A stretch of 61,526 bases of DNA, filler included, from Coriobacteriales bacterium (GCA_031263105.1; 4 parts of 4 records of this genome joined end to end with filler, not necessarily neighbours in it); one strand, 5' to 3'. Numbered from the whole stretch's first letter, positions 36,349 to 46,854 are shown. Translations and numbers: made by a program. Notes: generated from the sequence alone by a model not told the origin.

Positions 36349-38202
36349 CTAAAGAGCGGCCATCTCTTCGCCCAGTACGTAGCCGAGGGTGTTCGCCATA
36401 CCGAGGCTCATGCCGTGGATTGGTGCCGAGTAATGGAGCGGGAAGCGCCCTCCACTGTTGTTGCCAACAGCGTACAGGCCGTCGATGGGGTTAAAGTCAT
36501 CACCGATGACCCGGTGACTGCCATCCACAAACAGTCCGCCCAGAGTCACGAGGATCCGACCGCCCGGCTCGTGGATACCGACACTGGCATAAAAAGGCGG
36601 GGTGTCGACAGGAAAGAGGAGTTCGGGGGTCTTGGCGTAATCGGTATCCTTGCCAGCCTGACACATCGAGTTATAGCGCTCGATGCTCGCGGCAAAGGCA
36701 TTCGGGTCGATACCCAGATAGCCAGCGAGTTCTTCGATGCTCTGAGCTGCGTAGACCTTGTAGCTTGCCATCAGTGTACCAGCCTCAAGTCCATCGGCAC
36801 CGGCATCGAGGGCCTGTTGCAGGGTTGGCTCAACCGATTCCATGAAGGCGTCGTCCATGAACATGGGGTCGCCATGACCGGTCATCTGGTTTCTCAACAT
36901 TTCACGCCAGTTTGAGTCCCAGACAGCATACTGTGGTCCAAACGGCTGCCGTGCACCCTGAACACCTGCTATGAAGGGATGTCCGTAGCCTTCGTTGCAG
37001 AAGCGCTCGCCTTTGGCATTGAGCCAAAGTGAGGCCGCACTCACCGGGCTGGCCGGCGAGAAGACATTGGCGCCCATAGCGGCCCGGGTACCGGGTTCCA
37101 TCTTGCCTCCCGCCCACAGGCCCATCTTCACGCCTGACCCGTCGCGCCCCATGCCTTGCAGCGCCACACCGGGATTAAGCTCGGCGGCCTCCTGAACGAG
37201 TGTGGTGAACATCTCTGCATTACCGGCGTAGTCTCCCGCCGCGAGCACCACGGCTTTGGCTGCCGTTATCCTCTTGCAGGTGCCGTCCACATCGGACACG
37301 ATGACGGCAGAGACCCGCCCACCCTCGCTTTTCTCCAAATACTCACCCATGTGCCCGTACCATATCTGTGCCCCGACCTCGATGGCTTTTTTGTGCTGCG
37401 CCCGAAGCAGGATGCTTGTATTGATAACCTCGTTGCTCATATCCATTTTTGCCGTTCCGGGATACGCACGCATTGCGCCCTTTACATATTGATAACCCTG
37501 AGCAACGGGCCAGTCGCAGGTTCGCAGGGCGGCCTGTTGCTCGGTTGTCATAACCTCGAGCAACCAGTCGAACATCTCGCCGCTTCGTGTGGCATACGCA
37601 TGGAGCAGGTCGGGTTGAATGCGATTCGCCGAAAGCAGCTGACAGACCTCCATGAAGTCGGTCGGGTCAACGTCCGGGATGCCCTGCGCCTTTTGCCACG
37701 CGGAATTGAGATGCCCAATGTCGGAGCCAAAGGCGGAGAACGCATCCTCAGACTGCCCTTCGACGGCAATCACGTGTGCGCCAAGTTCGGCCGCCCTGCG
37801 CGTCAATGCGGAGCCCGCGTGCCCCACGCCGACGACCACGATGTCGGCTTCGAGCGTCTCTGCTATGTCGGTTTCTGCGATCGTCGTTGGCTCGCCAAGC
37901 CAGTCACTCCTGAAGGCGAAGCGGCTGTTGGCGTATTGTTGGGCCAGCTCGGAGGGCGTGGCCTCGGCAAGGGCGCCCCCTCCTGCCGCTCCAGCGCCGC
38001 CCGCACCCGCGCCGCCTCCGCCGGTGGCTGGCGTGTCGGCAGCGGTGCCCTCCTCTTTTGGAGCGCAGCCGATCATAGTGGCCATACCCATGCCCATAGC
38101 ACCTACAGCGGCTGCCGATGTAGCCTTTCTCAAGAACTCTCTACGTGGCATTTCGTTTCCGAACTCATCTCCGAACCTTGTCTCTTTGTCTTGTCCAAAC
38201 AT
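36349..38202 (-). CDS. Tat-exported FAD-dependent oxidoreductase (flavocytochrome c / fumarate-reductase-like superfamily)
   Basis: RREFL Tat motif plus lipobox-like IGC; VVVGVGHAG, VVLAAGDY, GERFCNE, TLGGL, IDGLYAVGN. Confidence 0.9.
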   Translation of the reverse strand: MFGQDKETRFGDEFGNEMPRREFLRKATSAAAVGAMGMGMATMIGCAPKEEGTAADTPATGGGGAGAGGAGAAGGGALAEATPSELAQQYANSRFAFRSDWLGEPTTIAETDIAETLEADIVVVGVGHAGSALTRRAAELGAHVIAVEGQSEDAFSAFGSDIGHLNSAWQKAQGIPDVDPTDFMEVCQLLSANRIQPDLLHAYATRSGEMFDWLLEVMTTEQQAALRTCDWPVAQGYQYVKGAMRAYPGTAKMDMSNEVINTSILLRAQHKKAIEVGAQIWYGHMGEYLEKSEGGRVSAVIVSDVDGTCKRITAAKAVVLAAGDYAGNAEMFTTLVQEAAELNPGVALQGMGRDGSGVKMGLWAGGKMEPGTRAAMGANVFSPASPVSAASLWLNAKGERFCNEGYGHPFIAGVQGARQPFGPQYAVWDSNWREMLRNQMTGHGDPMFMDDAFMESVEPTLQQALDAGADGLEAGTLMASYKVYAAQSIEELAGYLGIDPNAFAASIERYNSMCQAGKDTDYAKTPELLFPVDTPPFYASVGIHEPGGRILVTLGGLFVDGSHRVIGDDFNPIDGLYAVGNNSGGRFPLHYSAPIHGMSLGMANTLGYVLGEEMAAL

Positions 38203-38389
38203 GTTGTTTCCTCCTTAGTGTTCTGCCATACTTATCGCCCGCAGTGCGGGCCCGTTGCCGCCCGCAGCGCCGAGCGCAGGCATACCTTACAGTTGCGTGT
38301 TGGACACAAGTCAAGCGGGAATTTCGTTGGGTTTTGCACAGGACTGGCCAAATCGGACCAAAGGAAGCATGTGGGAGACGGTTATTCCG

Positions 38390-39223
38390 ATGGATGACGA
38401 GATCAGGCACTACCGAATCGGGGAGTTTGCGAAAAAAGTTGGGGTATCTCCCGACTTTCTCAAATACCAAGAGGAATTTGGGGTCGTAAACCCCCGGCAG
38501 AGCGAAAACTCCAATTACCGCCATTATGCCTTCGCCCAAACTGGCAGAGTGCTTGCGAGCCTTGGATATCAAAGCCTCGGGTTTACCTTGCGTGAGATCG
38601 AGGGAATCCTCGGCAAAGACTCAAGCGAGACAATCATCGGCAGGCTCAAGGACAGATCCATAGAACTCGAAAGTGAGATAACGCATCTCAAAGCCTGTCT
38701 CACGGGCATTGAGGCGATTTGCCAGGCCGAGCAGTTGGAAGCCCGCAGCGAACCCTGGTTCATCAAAGACGTTCCCGCGTTTGCCTTCTTGCCGCATTCC
38801 CACAAGCAGGACTTCGTAGACGACGAAACCGTACCGCAGATACTCAGAGCCTGGGTAAGGTGGCTTCCTCTTGTCGCCTCCACCCAGCGTATCCAGATTG
38901 TCGGCACCAAAGAAGTGGATTTTTCCTGGGGGTTGACGGTAAACAAAGAGTTCGCCATCGGCCACCAGCTTCCTCTGGATGCGCCTGTACAGATAATCGA
39001 ACCTGGCAGATGCCTGGTCTACCACCAGCGCATCGGTCTCGAAGAAACGCCCATAGCCACACAGGTGATGCTCGGTCGTATCCTGAAAAAGCCACTTGCT
39101 GTGGCGAGAGCCTACGGACTTGCGCTTTCGGGTACCGTCTACAACAAGATCCTGTTCATCTCCCATGAAGGACAGTCGCGCATCCTGCATTCGGTGTTGA
39201 GTCTCCCGCTCGTTGATAGCTGA
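38390..39223 (+). CDS. MerR family transcriptional regulator
   Basis: YRIGEFAKKVGVS...LKY, NYRHY, LGFTLREI; divergent from the flavoprotein. Confidence 0.9.
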   Translation: MDDEIRHYRIGEFAKKVGVSPDFLKYQEEFGVVNPRQSENSNYRHYAFAQTGRVLASLGYQSLGFTLREIEGILGKDSSETIIGRLKDRSIELESEITHLKACLTGIEAICQAEQLEARSEPWFIKDVPAFAFLPHSHKQDFVDDETVPQILRAWVRWLPLVASTQRIQIVGTKEVDFSWGLTVNKEFAIGHQLPLDAPVQIIEPGRCLVYHQRIGLEETPIATQVMLGRILKKPLAVARAYGLALSGTVYNKILFISHEGQSRILHSVLSLPLVDS

Positions 39224-39266
39224 CACCAGGCAGGCGGGGTGCACCATTTTGACGGCTTCTGTTCTC

Positions 39267-39323
39267 GTTACTGACACCCTCACTGTCATTCCGAGCCCCG
39301 CCGAGGAATCTTTGGACACGCAG
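39267..39323. mobile_element. MITE-like element, left end (contig breaks inside)
   Basis: GTTACTGACACCCTCACTGTCATTCCGAGCCCCGCCGAGGAATCTTTGGACACGCAG. Confidence 0.8.
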
Positions 39324-39423
39324 NNNNNNNNNNNNNNNNNNNNNNNNNNNNNNNNNNNNNNNNNNNNTTAATTAATTAANNNNNNNNNNNNNNNNNNNNN
39401 NNNNNNNNNNNNNNNNNNNNNNN
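39324..39423. other. Artificial contig spacer
   Basis: N run with TTAATTAATTAA. Confidence 0.97.
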
Positions 39424-39506
39424 CACCGCAGACGGCCTCTATTATACCGATAAAACCGGGCCGCGCATACATCACAGCCGTCCCGTGCGCCAAGCGCCGC
39501 ATGCCT

Positions 39507-39699
39507 GTTACAGTTCACACCCCACTGTCATTCCGAGCTCCCACTGTCATTCCGAGCTCCGCCGAGGAATCTTTGGACACGCAGTGTCCAACGGCAGGTC
39601 GCAGGGCCCTTCGACCAGCGGTCGACCGCTGGCGCGGTCGAGGATTCCTCGGCAGGCTCGGAATGACAGTGGGGTATCCGTGGGTGCGCGAACTGTAAC
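39507..39699. mobile_element. MITE-like palindromic element
   Basis: GTTACAGTTCAC...GCGAACTGTAAC; same interior as other copies; no flanking duplication visible. Confidence 0.85.
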
Positions 39700-39824
39700 C
39701 GTCGCACAGGGCGACCGGCCAACCGCGACCGGCCAACCGTTTACGGTCTGTCATGACAAGCGGGCGCGGCAGAGGTATCATGGGGACGGTACGTAAACGC
39801 TCCACGTGGAGGTTGGGGATCGGT

Positions 39825-40289
39825 ATGTCTGGTATGGATGGCGTATGGAACTGTCCCGTCTGTAATGCCTCGGTCGAGGACAACGTCAACGAATGCGCCC
39901 GGTGCGGGTTCAAGCTCGTCGGCAGGACCGAGGAGATCGACATGCCCGGCGCGGGGGACAGCGGCTCCATCGGCGTCTGCGGCGAGGGCGGCAGGCCGCG
40001 CCTGACGCTGACGAAGGGCCCGCTCAAAGGCGAGGTGTTCTACCTGGAGAGCTTCCCCTTGCTCATCGGTCGCGACCCGAGCTGCGACATCTTCCTGAAC
40101 AACATGACCGTCTCGCGCGTGCACGCGGTGATCGAGCGCGCGGGCAAGGCGGGCGGCGGCCTCGTCGTGCGCGACAAGGGCTCGTTGAACGGCACCTGGG
40201 TCGACGGCAAGATAGTCGAGGAGGCCGAACTGTCGGAGGACACCCTGCTCCAGATCGGCACCTTCTCGATGCGCTTCGGTTGCGCGTAG
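39825..40289 (+). CDS. Zinc-ribbon plus FHA domain protein (GarA/OdhI-like)
   Basis: CPVC...CARCG; IGRDP.CDIFL..MTVSRVHA, DKGSLNGTWVDG, LQIG. Confidence 0.9.
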   Translation: MSGMDGVWNCPVCNASVEDNVNECARCGFKLVGRTEEIDMPGAGDSGSIGVCGEGGRPRLTLTKGPLKGEVFYLESFPLLIGRDPSCDIFLNNMTVSRVHAVIERAGKAGGGLVVRDKGSLNGTWVDGKIVEEAELSEDTLLQIGTFSMRFGCA

Positions 40290-40429
40290 GGGCGCAGGGA
40301 GGGATTCAGGGCATGGACAGAGACATGGGCAGCACATAGCTCGGCTGTGCGCACGGGCGCAGGGAGGGGCTTTGGAAAGGGGCCTGTTCGGGAAGGCCCA
40401 TCGGTTCCTGTCATCGTGAGGGGAGCAGC

Positions 40430-40894
40430 ATGAGCATCACACAGATCAGCGTTTTCGTCGAGAACCTGCCAGGCCGCCTGAGCAGGCTCACCGACATCCT
40501 GGAGAAGGCCGACGTGAGCATCAGGGGTTTCGCGCTCGCGGACACGGCGGACTTCGGCATCGCCCGTTTCGTGGTGGACAGGCCCAAGGAGGCCCTGGCC
40601 GCCTTCGAGGCGGCAGGTGCGCTCACCAAGACGACGGAGCTGCTCTGCATCGAGCTCCCCGACACGCCCGGCGCCCTCGACCAGGTCTTCTCCGCTGTTG
40701 CCGACGCCGACGTCAACGTGGAATACGCCTACTCGCTCGTCTCGACCTATGTCGCGCTCAAGGTGGGAGACATCGCGCAGGCCGAGGCGTTGCTTGCGGG
40801 CCGTCCCGTCAGGCTCCTTGCGCAGGACGACCTCGGCGCGCCCCGTCCCTCCGACAGCGCCCCATCCCCCCACGCATCGTCCTCGTCCCTCTGA
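40430..40894 (+). CDS. Tandem ACT-domain protein
   Basis: QISVFVEN.PGRL, ADTADFGIAR, PDTPGAL, NVEYAYS. Confidence 0.92.
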   Translation: MSITQISVFVENLPGRLSRLTDILEKADVSIRGFALADTADFGIARFVVDRPKEALAAFEAAGALTKTTELLCIELPDTPGALDQVFSAVADADVNVEYAYSLVSTYVALKVGDIAQAEALLAGRPVRLLAQDDLGAPRPSDSAPSPHASSSSL

Positions 40895-40908
40895 CGTCAG
40901 GAGCCGCC

Positions 40909-42240
40909 GTGTCCGACCAGCCCCTATCCGTGTCCGACCAGCCTCTGTTCAACCCCGCCTTTGAATGTGCCAGCCGTGAGGAGATACGCGCCACGCAGCT
41001 GCGCCTCTTCCAGGAGCAGGTCGCCTGGGCCTGTGAGCGGGTGCCCTGGTACCGCGAGCGCCTTGCGGATGCGGGCCTTGTGCCCGGCGACATCAGGACG
41101 CACGAGGACATCCGGCGCATCCCCTTCACCGAGAAGGACGCCCTGCGCGAGCAGTACCCCTACGGGCTCTTCGCCGTGCCGCTCGACGAGGTGGTCCGGC
41201 TGCATGCGTCGTCAGGGACGACCGGCAAGCCGATAGTCGTGGGCTACACGAAGGACGATCTCGAGGAATGGCGCTACTGCATCATGAGCATGATACAGAT
41301 GGCGGGCGTCGTGGCGGCCGACAGGGTGCAGATGGCCTTCGGCTACGGGATGTTCACCGGCGGCTTCGGGCTGCATTACGGGGCCGAGGGGCTGGGCTGC
41401 ATGATGATCCCGGCGGGCTCCGGGAACACGGAACGGCACATCATGATGATCGAGGACTACGGCACGACGGTGCTCGTCGCCACGCCGTCCTACGCCATGC
41501 ACATCTGCGAGGTCGGCGAGAAGATGGGCTACGACTGGGAGCGCTCGTCGTTGCGCGTGGGCCTGTTCGGGGGCGAGCCCTGCCCGCCCAAGCTCAAGGC
41601 CGAGATCGAAAGCCGCATGCACATCCTCTGTACGGACAACTACGGGCTGACCGAGGTCATGGGCCCCGGGGTCTCAGGCGAGTGCCTTGCGTCGCGCGAC
41701 CACCAGCATATCGTCGAGGACCATTTCTATTGGGAGGTGATCGACCCCGACACGCTCGAGGTCCTCCCCGAAGGCAGCGAGGGCGAGCTGGTGCTCACGC
41801 CGCTTGCCAAGAAAGGCGTCCCTTTGCTGCGCTACCGCACCCGCGACCTGACGAGGGTCACCACCGCGCCCTGCGGCTGCGGCAGGACGACCGCCCGCAT
41901 GGCCAAGGTGCGCCACCGCAGCGACGACATGCTGATAATCCGGGGCACGAACGTCTATCCGAGCCAGGTGGAGGACGTGCTCAACGGCATCGCGGGGGCA
42001 AGCCCGTACTACCGCCTCGTCGTGGACAACGAGACGGGCCTTGACCGCCTGACGCTCCTTTTGGAGGTTCAGCCGCAGGTGTTCACGGATTCCTTCACCG
42101 AGATGGACGCCTTCAGGAAGCTGGTCGTGGACAAGCTGAGGGGGGCGCTCCAGCTGGGCGTCGAGGTCAAGCTCGTCGAGCCGGGCGGCAGCGAGCGTTT
42201 CATGGGCAAGGCCAAGCACGTCGAGGACAGGCGGGCATAA
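40909..42240 (+). CDS. paaK: Phenylacetate-CoA ligase family protein (second paralogue)
   Basis: IPFTEKD, HASSGTTGKP, FGYGMFTGG, YGLTEVMGPG, RYRTRD, RSDDMLIIRG. Confidence 0.92.
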   Translation: MSDQPLSVSDQPLFNPAFECASREEIRATQLRLFQEQVAWACERVPWYRERLADAGLVPGDIRTHEDIRRIPFTEKDALREQYPYGLFAVPLDEVVRLHASSGTTGKPIVVGYTKDDLEEWRYCIMSMIQMAGVVAADRVQMAFGYGMFTGGFGLHYGAEGLGCMMIPAGSGNTERHIMMIEDYGTTVLVATPSYAMHICEVGEKMGYDWERSSLRVGLFGGEPCPPKLKAEIESRMHILCTDNYGLTEVMGPGVSGECLASRDHQHIVEDHFYWEVIDPDTLEVLPEGSEGELVLTPLAKKGVPLLRYRTRDLTRVTTAPCGCGRTTARMAKVRHRSDDMLIIRGTNVYPSQVEDVLNGIAGASPYYRLVVDNETGLDRLTLLLEVQPQVFTDSFTEMDAFRKLVVDKLRGALQLGVEVKLVEPGGSERFMGKAKHVEDRRA

Positions 42241-42249
42241 AGGGTTACT

Positions 42250-42350
42250 TTCTCGCAAGGGGGGAGGAAGCGAAAGGGGGTGCCTCTCGCAAAGGGGGGA
42301 GGAAGCGAAAGGGATTTCGCCTACCTCCCCCCTTTGAATCCCCCCTCCAT
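42250..42350. repeat. Short duplicated G-rich hairpin repeat / possible terminator between convergent genes
   Basis: CTCGCAA(A)GGGGGGAGGAAGCGAAAGGG twice; second copy pairs with TTTCGCCTACCTCCCCCCTTTG. Confidence 0.5.
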
Positions 42351-42434
42351 CACTTTCGGCCCTGGGCGCGGGTTGCGCTCGCTGCGCTCGCGCTACGCGC
42401 CTGAGTCGGGGGCGGGGTCGCGGGTCGTGGGGGG

Positions 42435-43904
42435 TCAGGTGGTGGGCGTCTCGCCCTCGGTTCCTGGCGTCTCGCTCTCGGCCTCGGCTTCGCCGTCGGC
42501 CTCGTCGGTCCCTGTGGTCCCGGTCGTTCCCGTCCCGGCGTCTTCTGCAGAGGAGGCGGAGCCCACTCCGTAGAAGTCGTAGTTCGCGAGCTTGCATTTC
42601 ACGAACACGGCCGTCGGGGGCAAGGTGCGGCGGTCCTGCCCGCTGTAATAGTCCCCGAATGCGATTCCGATGAGCTCCCAGTAATAGGTGACCCCTTCGA
42701 CGACGCTGTAGCCCCTGATGAAGGTGTTGCCGTGCGAGTCGTTGTCTTGGGAATCGACGACCGACTCCCCGTCGGCAAGGCCCTGGGCGGCGCGGAGGTG
42801 CTCCAGCTCGGCATCGAGGGACTCCGCCGCGAAGTTCACGTACTCAAGCTGGGCATAGGCCCCGAGGTTGCCCTGCGAGACGTCGAACGCCCATGCGCCG
42901 TTGAACGAGCGCTGGAGCTCGTCGAAGTCGTAGGCGTCGTATCCGCCCTCGAAATAGCCCCGGTCGAGGACGGCAAGGTCTGCCGAGGGGGAGAAGTGGA
43001 TGATCCTGCCGCCCACTGCGGTCCCGTCGGGGTTGCCCGTGCTCGAGCGCGGGTCCGCCCTCACGTTCCAACCGGCCTCCGTGAAGGAGGCAAGGGCGCC
43101 GTCCACCGTGCCCAGGAGGTAGTTGGACAGGATGGGCAGCTGCGAGTCGATGGCCGCGCGGGTCTCCGAAGAGGTCAGGGTGACGACATCCTCGTCGGCC
43201 TTGTCCTTCACGAGGTCGTCGTAGGTGTTGAAGAGGAAGACGGTCAGCAGCACGGCCCCTATGACCACGATCGCCGCAAGGGAGCCCAGCAGCAGGGGGC
43301 TGCGGAGGATGTGGTGCTGCCCTCCGCCTCCACGGATATAGTAGGAGCTGTCCGTATAGTGTGCCTGTTGGAAGCTCTGGGAACCCGCGAGTGCCGAGGC
43401 GGCCGCAGCTGTCCTGCTGCTCCCTGTGCGGGAGGCCGTCGTCGTCGCGACGGCGCCCTGCCTGCCGCTGCCTCCCAGGCGGGACGTGGGGCCCGAGAAG
43501 GGCTCCCTCTGCCGGCCGCCCTGCCTATCGCCTTGCTCGCTGTTCCGGCCGCCTCCTCCTCCGAGACGGGAGGTGGTGTTTGCCGGGGCCCCTTGGCGCC
43601 CGCTGCCCTGCCCGCCGCTCCCGTCAGGGCGGGAGGCGGACCGTGCCGTCGGGCCGGGCCTCTCGCCGCCTTTTCCGACGAGGGGTATCTCGGGATAGTC
43701 CTCCCCGAGTGCCGCGTAGCTCATCGTCGAGTTGGGGTCGGCGCCTCCTGCGGCCGGGCGGCGGGCGCTGCCGTCCCCCTTGTGCGCGGTCGCCCCGCTG
43801 CCCGACCTGTCTTTGTCGAACAGAAAGTCGTTCTTCTCAAGGAACGCATCGAGATCGAAGTCGTCGAACGAGTCGTCTTTCGTATCGGCGGTCGTGTCCT
43901 TCAT
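42435..43904 (-). CDS. Hypothetical single-TM membrane protein with disordered N-terminus
   Basis: AAAGG RBS; TM LLLGSLAAIVVIGAVLLTVFLF; large acidic C-terminal domain. Confidence 0.75.
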   Translation of the reverse strand: MKDTTADTKDDSFDDFDLDAFLEKNDFLFDKDRSGSGATAHKGDGSARRPAAGGADPNSTMSYAALGEDYPEIPLVGKGGERPGPTARSASRPDGSGGQGSGRQGAPANTTSRLGGGGGRNSEQGDRQGGRQREPFSGPTSRLGGSGRQGAVATTTASRTGSSRTAAAASALAGSQSFQQAHYTDSSYYIRGGGGQHHILRSPLLLGSLAAIVVIGAVLLTVFLFNTYDDLVKDKADEDVVTLTSSETRAAIDSQLPILSNYLLGTVDGALASFTEAGWNVRADPRSSTGNPDGTAVGGRIIHFSPSADLAVLDRGYFEGGYDAYDFDELQRSFNGAWAFDVSQGNLGAYAQLEYVNFAAESLDAELEHLRAAQGLADGESVVDSQDNDSHGNTFIRGYSVVEGVTYYWELIGIAFGDYYSGQDRRTLPPTAVFVKCKLANYDFYGVGSASSAEDAGTGTTGTTGTDEADGEAEAESETPGTEGETPTT

Positions 43905-44061
43905 AGTGTTACCTTTTTCGGCCTGTCCTCTGACGAGGGGAGTGCCGCTCGGCCGCCCGTGCGCCGGACGGCGCACAATGGGCGCCTCGGCGCTCCCCAA
44001 GGAATCCATGACGACATTCTACCTTAAAAGGCGGCTTTTCGCCCCCCGCCGTCCCCCGGCG

Positions 44062-44976
44062 TCACAGGCGCGAAAGGTCGAAGGGGGTCTCCTGATAGAC
44101 GTAGTGGTTCAGCCAGTTCGCAAAGAACTGGTGGGCATAGGTGCGCCAACGGACGAGGGGAGGCTTGGAGGGGTCGTCGTCGGCGTAGTAGTTGACGGGC
44201 AGCGCGATGTCGAGCCCTGCCGCCACGTCGCGGGCGTACTCCTTTCCGAGGGTGTCCGCGTCGTATTCGAGGTGCCCGGTCACGAAGACCTGCCGATGGT
44301 CGGGCGCGGCGATGACGACCGCTCCTGCCTCGGGCGATTCGGCGAGGACACGCAGCCCGACCGGCTCCACGTCCTCGGGCAGCACCGTGGTGTAGCGCGA
44401 CTGCGGCATGAAGAAGGGGTCGTCGAGTCCCAAGAGCAGGCGGCTTGCGCCCTCGTCGCGATGCCGGAGAGGGAAGATGCCGAACAGCTTGCGGTCGAGC
44501 CTGCGCTTCTCTATGCCGTAGAAGTGATGGAGGGCAGCGTTGACGCCCCAGCAGATGAAGAGGGAGCTGTAGACGTTCTCCTGGGCCCAGTCCAGGACGC
44601 TGACCAGCTCGTCCCAGTAGTCCACGTCCCTGAAGGGCAGGGTCTCGACGGGCGCGCCGGTGACGATGAGCCCGTCGAAGCACGCGTCGCGGATAGAGCG
44701 CGAGTCCCGGTAGAAGGCCTCCATGTGGCCTGCGGCGGTGTTGCGGGAGACGTGGCCGCCTATGGAGACGAGGGTCACGTGTATCTGGAGCGGCGTGTTG
44801 GAGAGGAGGCGCAGCAGCTGCGTCTCCGTGGCGACCTTGGTGGGCATGAGGTTGACGATGGCTATCTCAAGGGGACGGATGTCCTGCGTGGCCGCACGCC
44901 GCTCCGTCATGAGGAAGACGTTCTCCTCGCGGAGCGTGTCTATGGCGGGCAGTCCGTCGGCTACGTTGACAGGCAT
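44062..44976 (-). CDS. metA: MetA-family homoserine O-acyltransferase, probably O-acetyl
   Basis: QDIRPL, NLMPTK, TGAPVE (Glu at the specificity position), FICWG, TGHLEY. Confidence 0.94.
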   Translation of the reverse strand: MPVNVADGLPAIDTLREENVFLMTERRAATQDIRPLEIAIVNLMPTKVATETQLLRLLSNTPLQIHVTLVSIGGHVSRNTAAGHMEAFYRDSRSIRDACFDGLIVTGAPVETLPFRDVDYWDELVSVLDWAQENVYSSLFICWGVNAALHHFYGIEKRRLDRKLFGIFPLRHRDEGASRLLLGLDDPFFMPQSRYTTVLPEDVEPVGLRVLAESPEAGAVVIAAPDHRQVFVTGHLEYDADTLGKEYARDVAAGLDIALPVNYYADDDPSKPPLVRWRTYAHQFFANWLNHYVYQETPFDLSRL

Positions 44977-45157
44977 GGTCTTGCTCCTTGGATGGACGGG
45001 GACCGCGCACAAAGGCGCAGTCCCGTAAGGAAGTGCTGATTAATTGCTTGTGCGCCAGATGGTGCGCAATGAGTTGTTCGGCGCTTCCGCAGGGTACCAC
45101 AGCAAAGGTGCTGCCCGCAAACCGCAGGTCGCGCCTTCCGCTCGTCAGGCCTTCTCC

Positions 45158-45501
45158 GTTACAGCCCACACCCTCACTGTCATTCCGAGCGGAGGGCGCG
45201 TCAGCGCCTGTAGCCGAGGAATCCTTGGGTCCGAGCGCCCGGAAAACGCATCGCGTTTTCAGCGAGGACGGGCCGACAGGCCCACGGGACCCGAGCGCCC
45301 GGAAAACGCATCGCGTTTTCAGCGAGGACGGGCCGGAAGGCCCACGGGACCCGAGCGCCCGGAAAACGCATCGCGTTTTCAGCGAGGACGGGCCGACAGG
45401 CCCACGGAACGCGAAGCAGCCAATCTGCTCGATTGGGCGCCGATGCGCCCAAAGATTCCTCGGCTGCGCTCGGAATGACAGTGGGGTGTGTGACCTGTAG
45501 C
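45158..45501. mobile_element. MITE-like element carrying three tandem 60-bp internal units
   Basis: GTTACAGCCCAC...CTGTAGC; 8-bp flanking repeat CCTTCTCC; units start at 45231, 45291, 45351. Confidence 0.88.
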
Positions 45502-45552
45502 CCTTCTCCCTCAGAGGGAACCGCAGGTTGATACTTCCCTTCCTTTTCTCGC

Positions 45553-46854
45553 TCAGCCGATTGCGGCGAAGGCCTGGTCGAGGTCGGCGACGATGTCCTT
45601 GATGTTCTCGGTCCCGATGGAGAGGCGCACGGTGGTGGGCGTGACGCCCGCCTCGAGCAGCTCGGCCGCGCTCAGCTGCGAGTGGGTGGTGGAAGCCGGA
45701 TGGATGACGAGGGACTTCACGTCGGCGACGTTCGCGAGCAGCGAGAACAGCCCGAGCTTCTCCGTGAACCCACGCGCCTGTTCGGCGGTGCCGTCGAGCT
45801 CGAAGGTGAAGATGGTGGCGCCGCCGTTGGGGAAGTACCGCTGGTAGCGCCCGTGGTCGCGATGGTCGGGCTGGCTCGGGTGGTTGAGCGCCTTGACCTT
45901 GGGGTGCGCCGCGAGGTAGTCGACGACGGCGAGCGTGTTCTCGACATGGCGCTCGACGCGCAGCGACAAGGTCTCGAGCCCCTGCAGGAACAGGAAGGCG
46001 TTGAGGGGGGCGAGGGTCGAGCCGGTGTCGCGCAGCAGGGTGACGCGCGCCTTGATGAGGTAGGCGATCGCGCCGACCGCCTCGGTGAACACGACGCCGT
46101 GATAGCTGGGGTTGGGCTGGCTCAGGCCGGGGAACTTGTCGTTTTGCGCCCAGTCGAAGCTGCCGCCGTCGACGATGACGCCGCCGATGGAGGTGCCGTG
46201 GCCGCCGATGAACTTCGTCGCGGAGTGCACGACGACGTCCGCGCCGTACTCGAAGGGGCGCACGAGGTACGGGGTCGCGAAGGTGTTGTCCACGATGAGC
46301 GGTATGCCCGCCGCATGGGCGACGTCGGCCAGCGCCTCGATGTCGACGACGGTCGCGTTGGGGTTGCCGATCGTCTCGATGAAGACGAGCTTCGTGTTGG
46401 GCCGGATGGCCGCCTCGACGGCAGCGGGGTCGGAGGCATCGACGAAGGACGCCTCGATGCCGAAGTCCTCAAGGGTGTGGCTGAACAGGTTGTAGGTTCC
46501 CCCGTAGATGAAGCGGTCCGTGACGATATGGTCGCCGGAGCGGGCGATGTTCTGGATCGCATAGGTGACGGCGGCCGCACCGGAGGCGACCGCGAGCGCT
46601 CCTGCCCCGCCCTCGAGCGCCGCGATGCGCCTCTCGAAGACGTCGGAGGTGGGGTTCATGATGCGCGTGTAGATGTTGCCCGGTTCCGCAAGCCCAAAGC
46701 GGTCGGCCGCAGACTGCGAGCTGGGGAACACATAGGAGGTGGTCTGGTAGATGGGCACCGCGCGCGCATCGGTGGCGGAGTCGGGCTCTTCCTGCCCGAT
46801 GTGGATCTGCTTGGTCTCGAAGGACCAGGTGGAGGTGTCGGTTACGTGTGCCAT
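45553..46854 (-). CDS. metY: O-acetylhomoserine aminocarboxypropyltransferase
   Basis: ARAVPIYQTTSY, GNIYTRIMNPT, VDNTFATP, HSATKFIGGHG, LANVADVKSLVIHPASTTH; GAAAGG RBS. Confidence 0.96.
   Translation of the reverse strand: MAHVTDTSTWSFETKQIHIGQEEPDSATDARAVPIYQTTSYVFPSSQSAADRFGLAEPGNIYTRIMNPTSDVFERRIAALEGGAGALAVASGAAAVTYAIQNIARSGDHIVTDRFIYGGTYNLFSHTLEDFGIEASFVDASDPAAVEAAIRPNTKLVFIETIGNPNATVVDIEALADVAHAAGIPLIVDNTFATPYLVRPFEYGADVVVHSATKFIGGHGTSIGGVIVDGGSFDWAQNDKFPGLSQPNPSYHGVVFTEAVGAIAYLIKARVTLLRDTGSTLAPLNAFLFLQGLETLSLRVERHVENTLAVVDYLAAHPKVKALNHPSQPDHRDHGRYQRYFPNGGATIFTFELDGTAEQARGFTEKLGLFSLLANVADVKSLVIHPASTTHSQLSAAELLEAGVTPTTVRLSIGTENIKDIVADLDQAFAAIG

Noticed and set aside
35868..39323. Composite transposon of two MITEs carrying the flavoprotein and MerR genes
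   Set aside because: The left MITE has its own target duplication on both sides, so it inserted independently
45231..45407. Three 60-bp repeats (and 19-bp repeats at about 36000-36075) as a CRISPR array
   Set aside because: No unique spacers and no cas genes; they are internal MITE subunits
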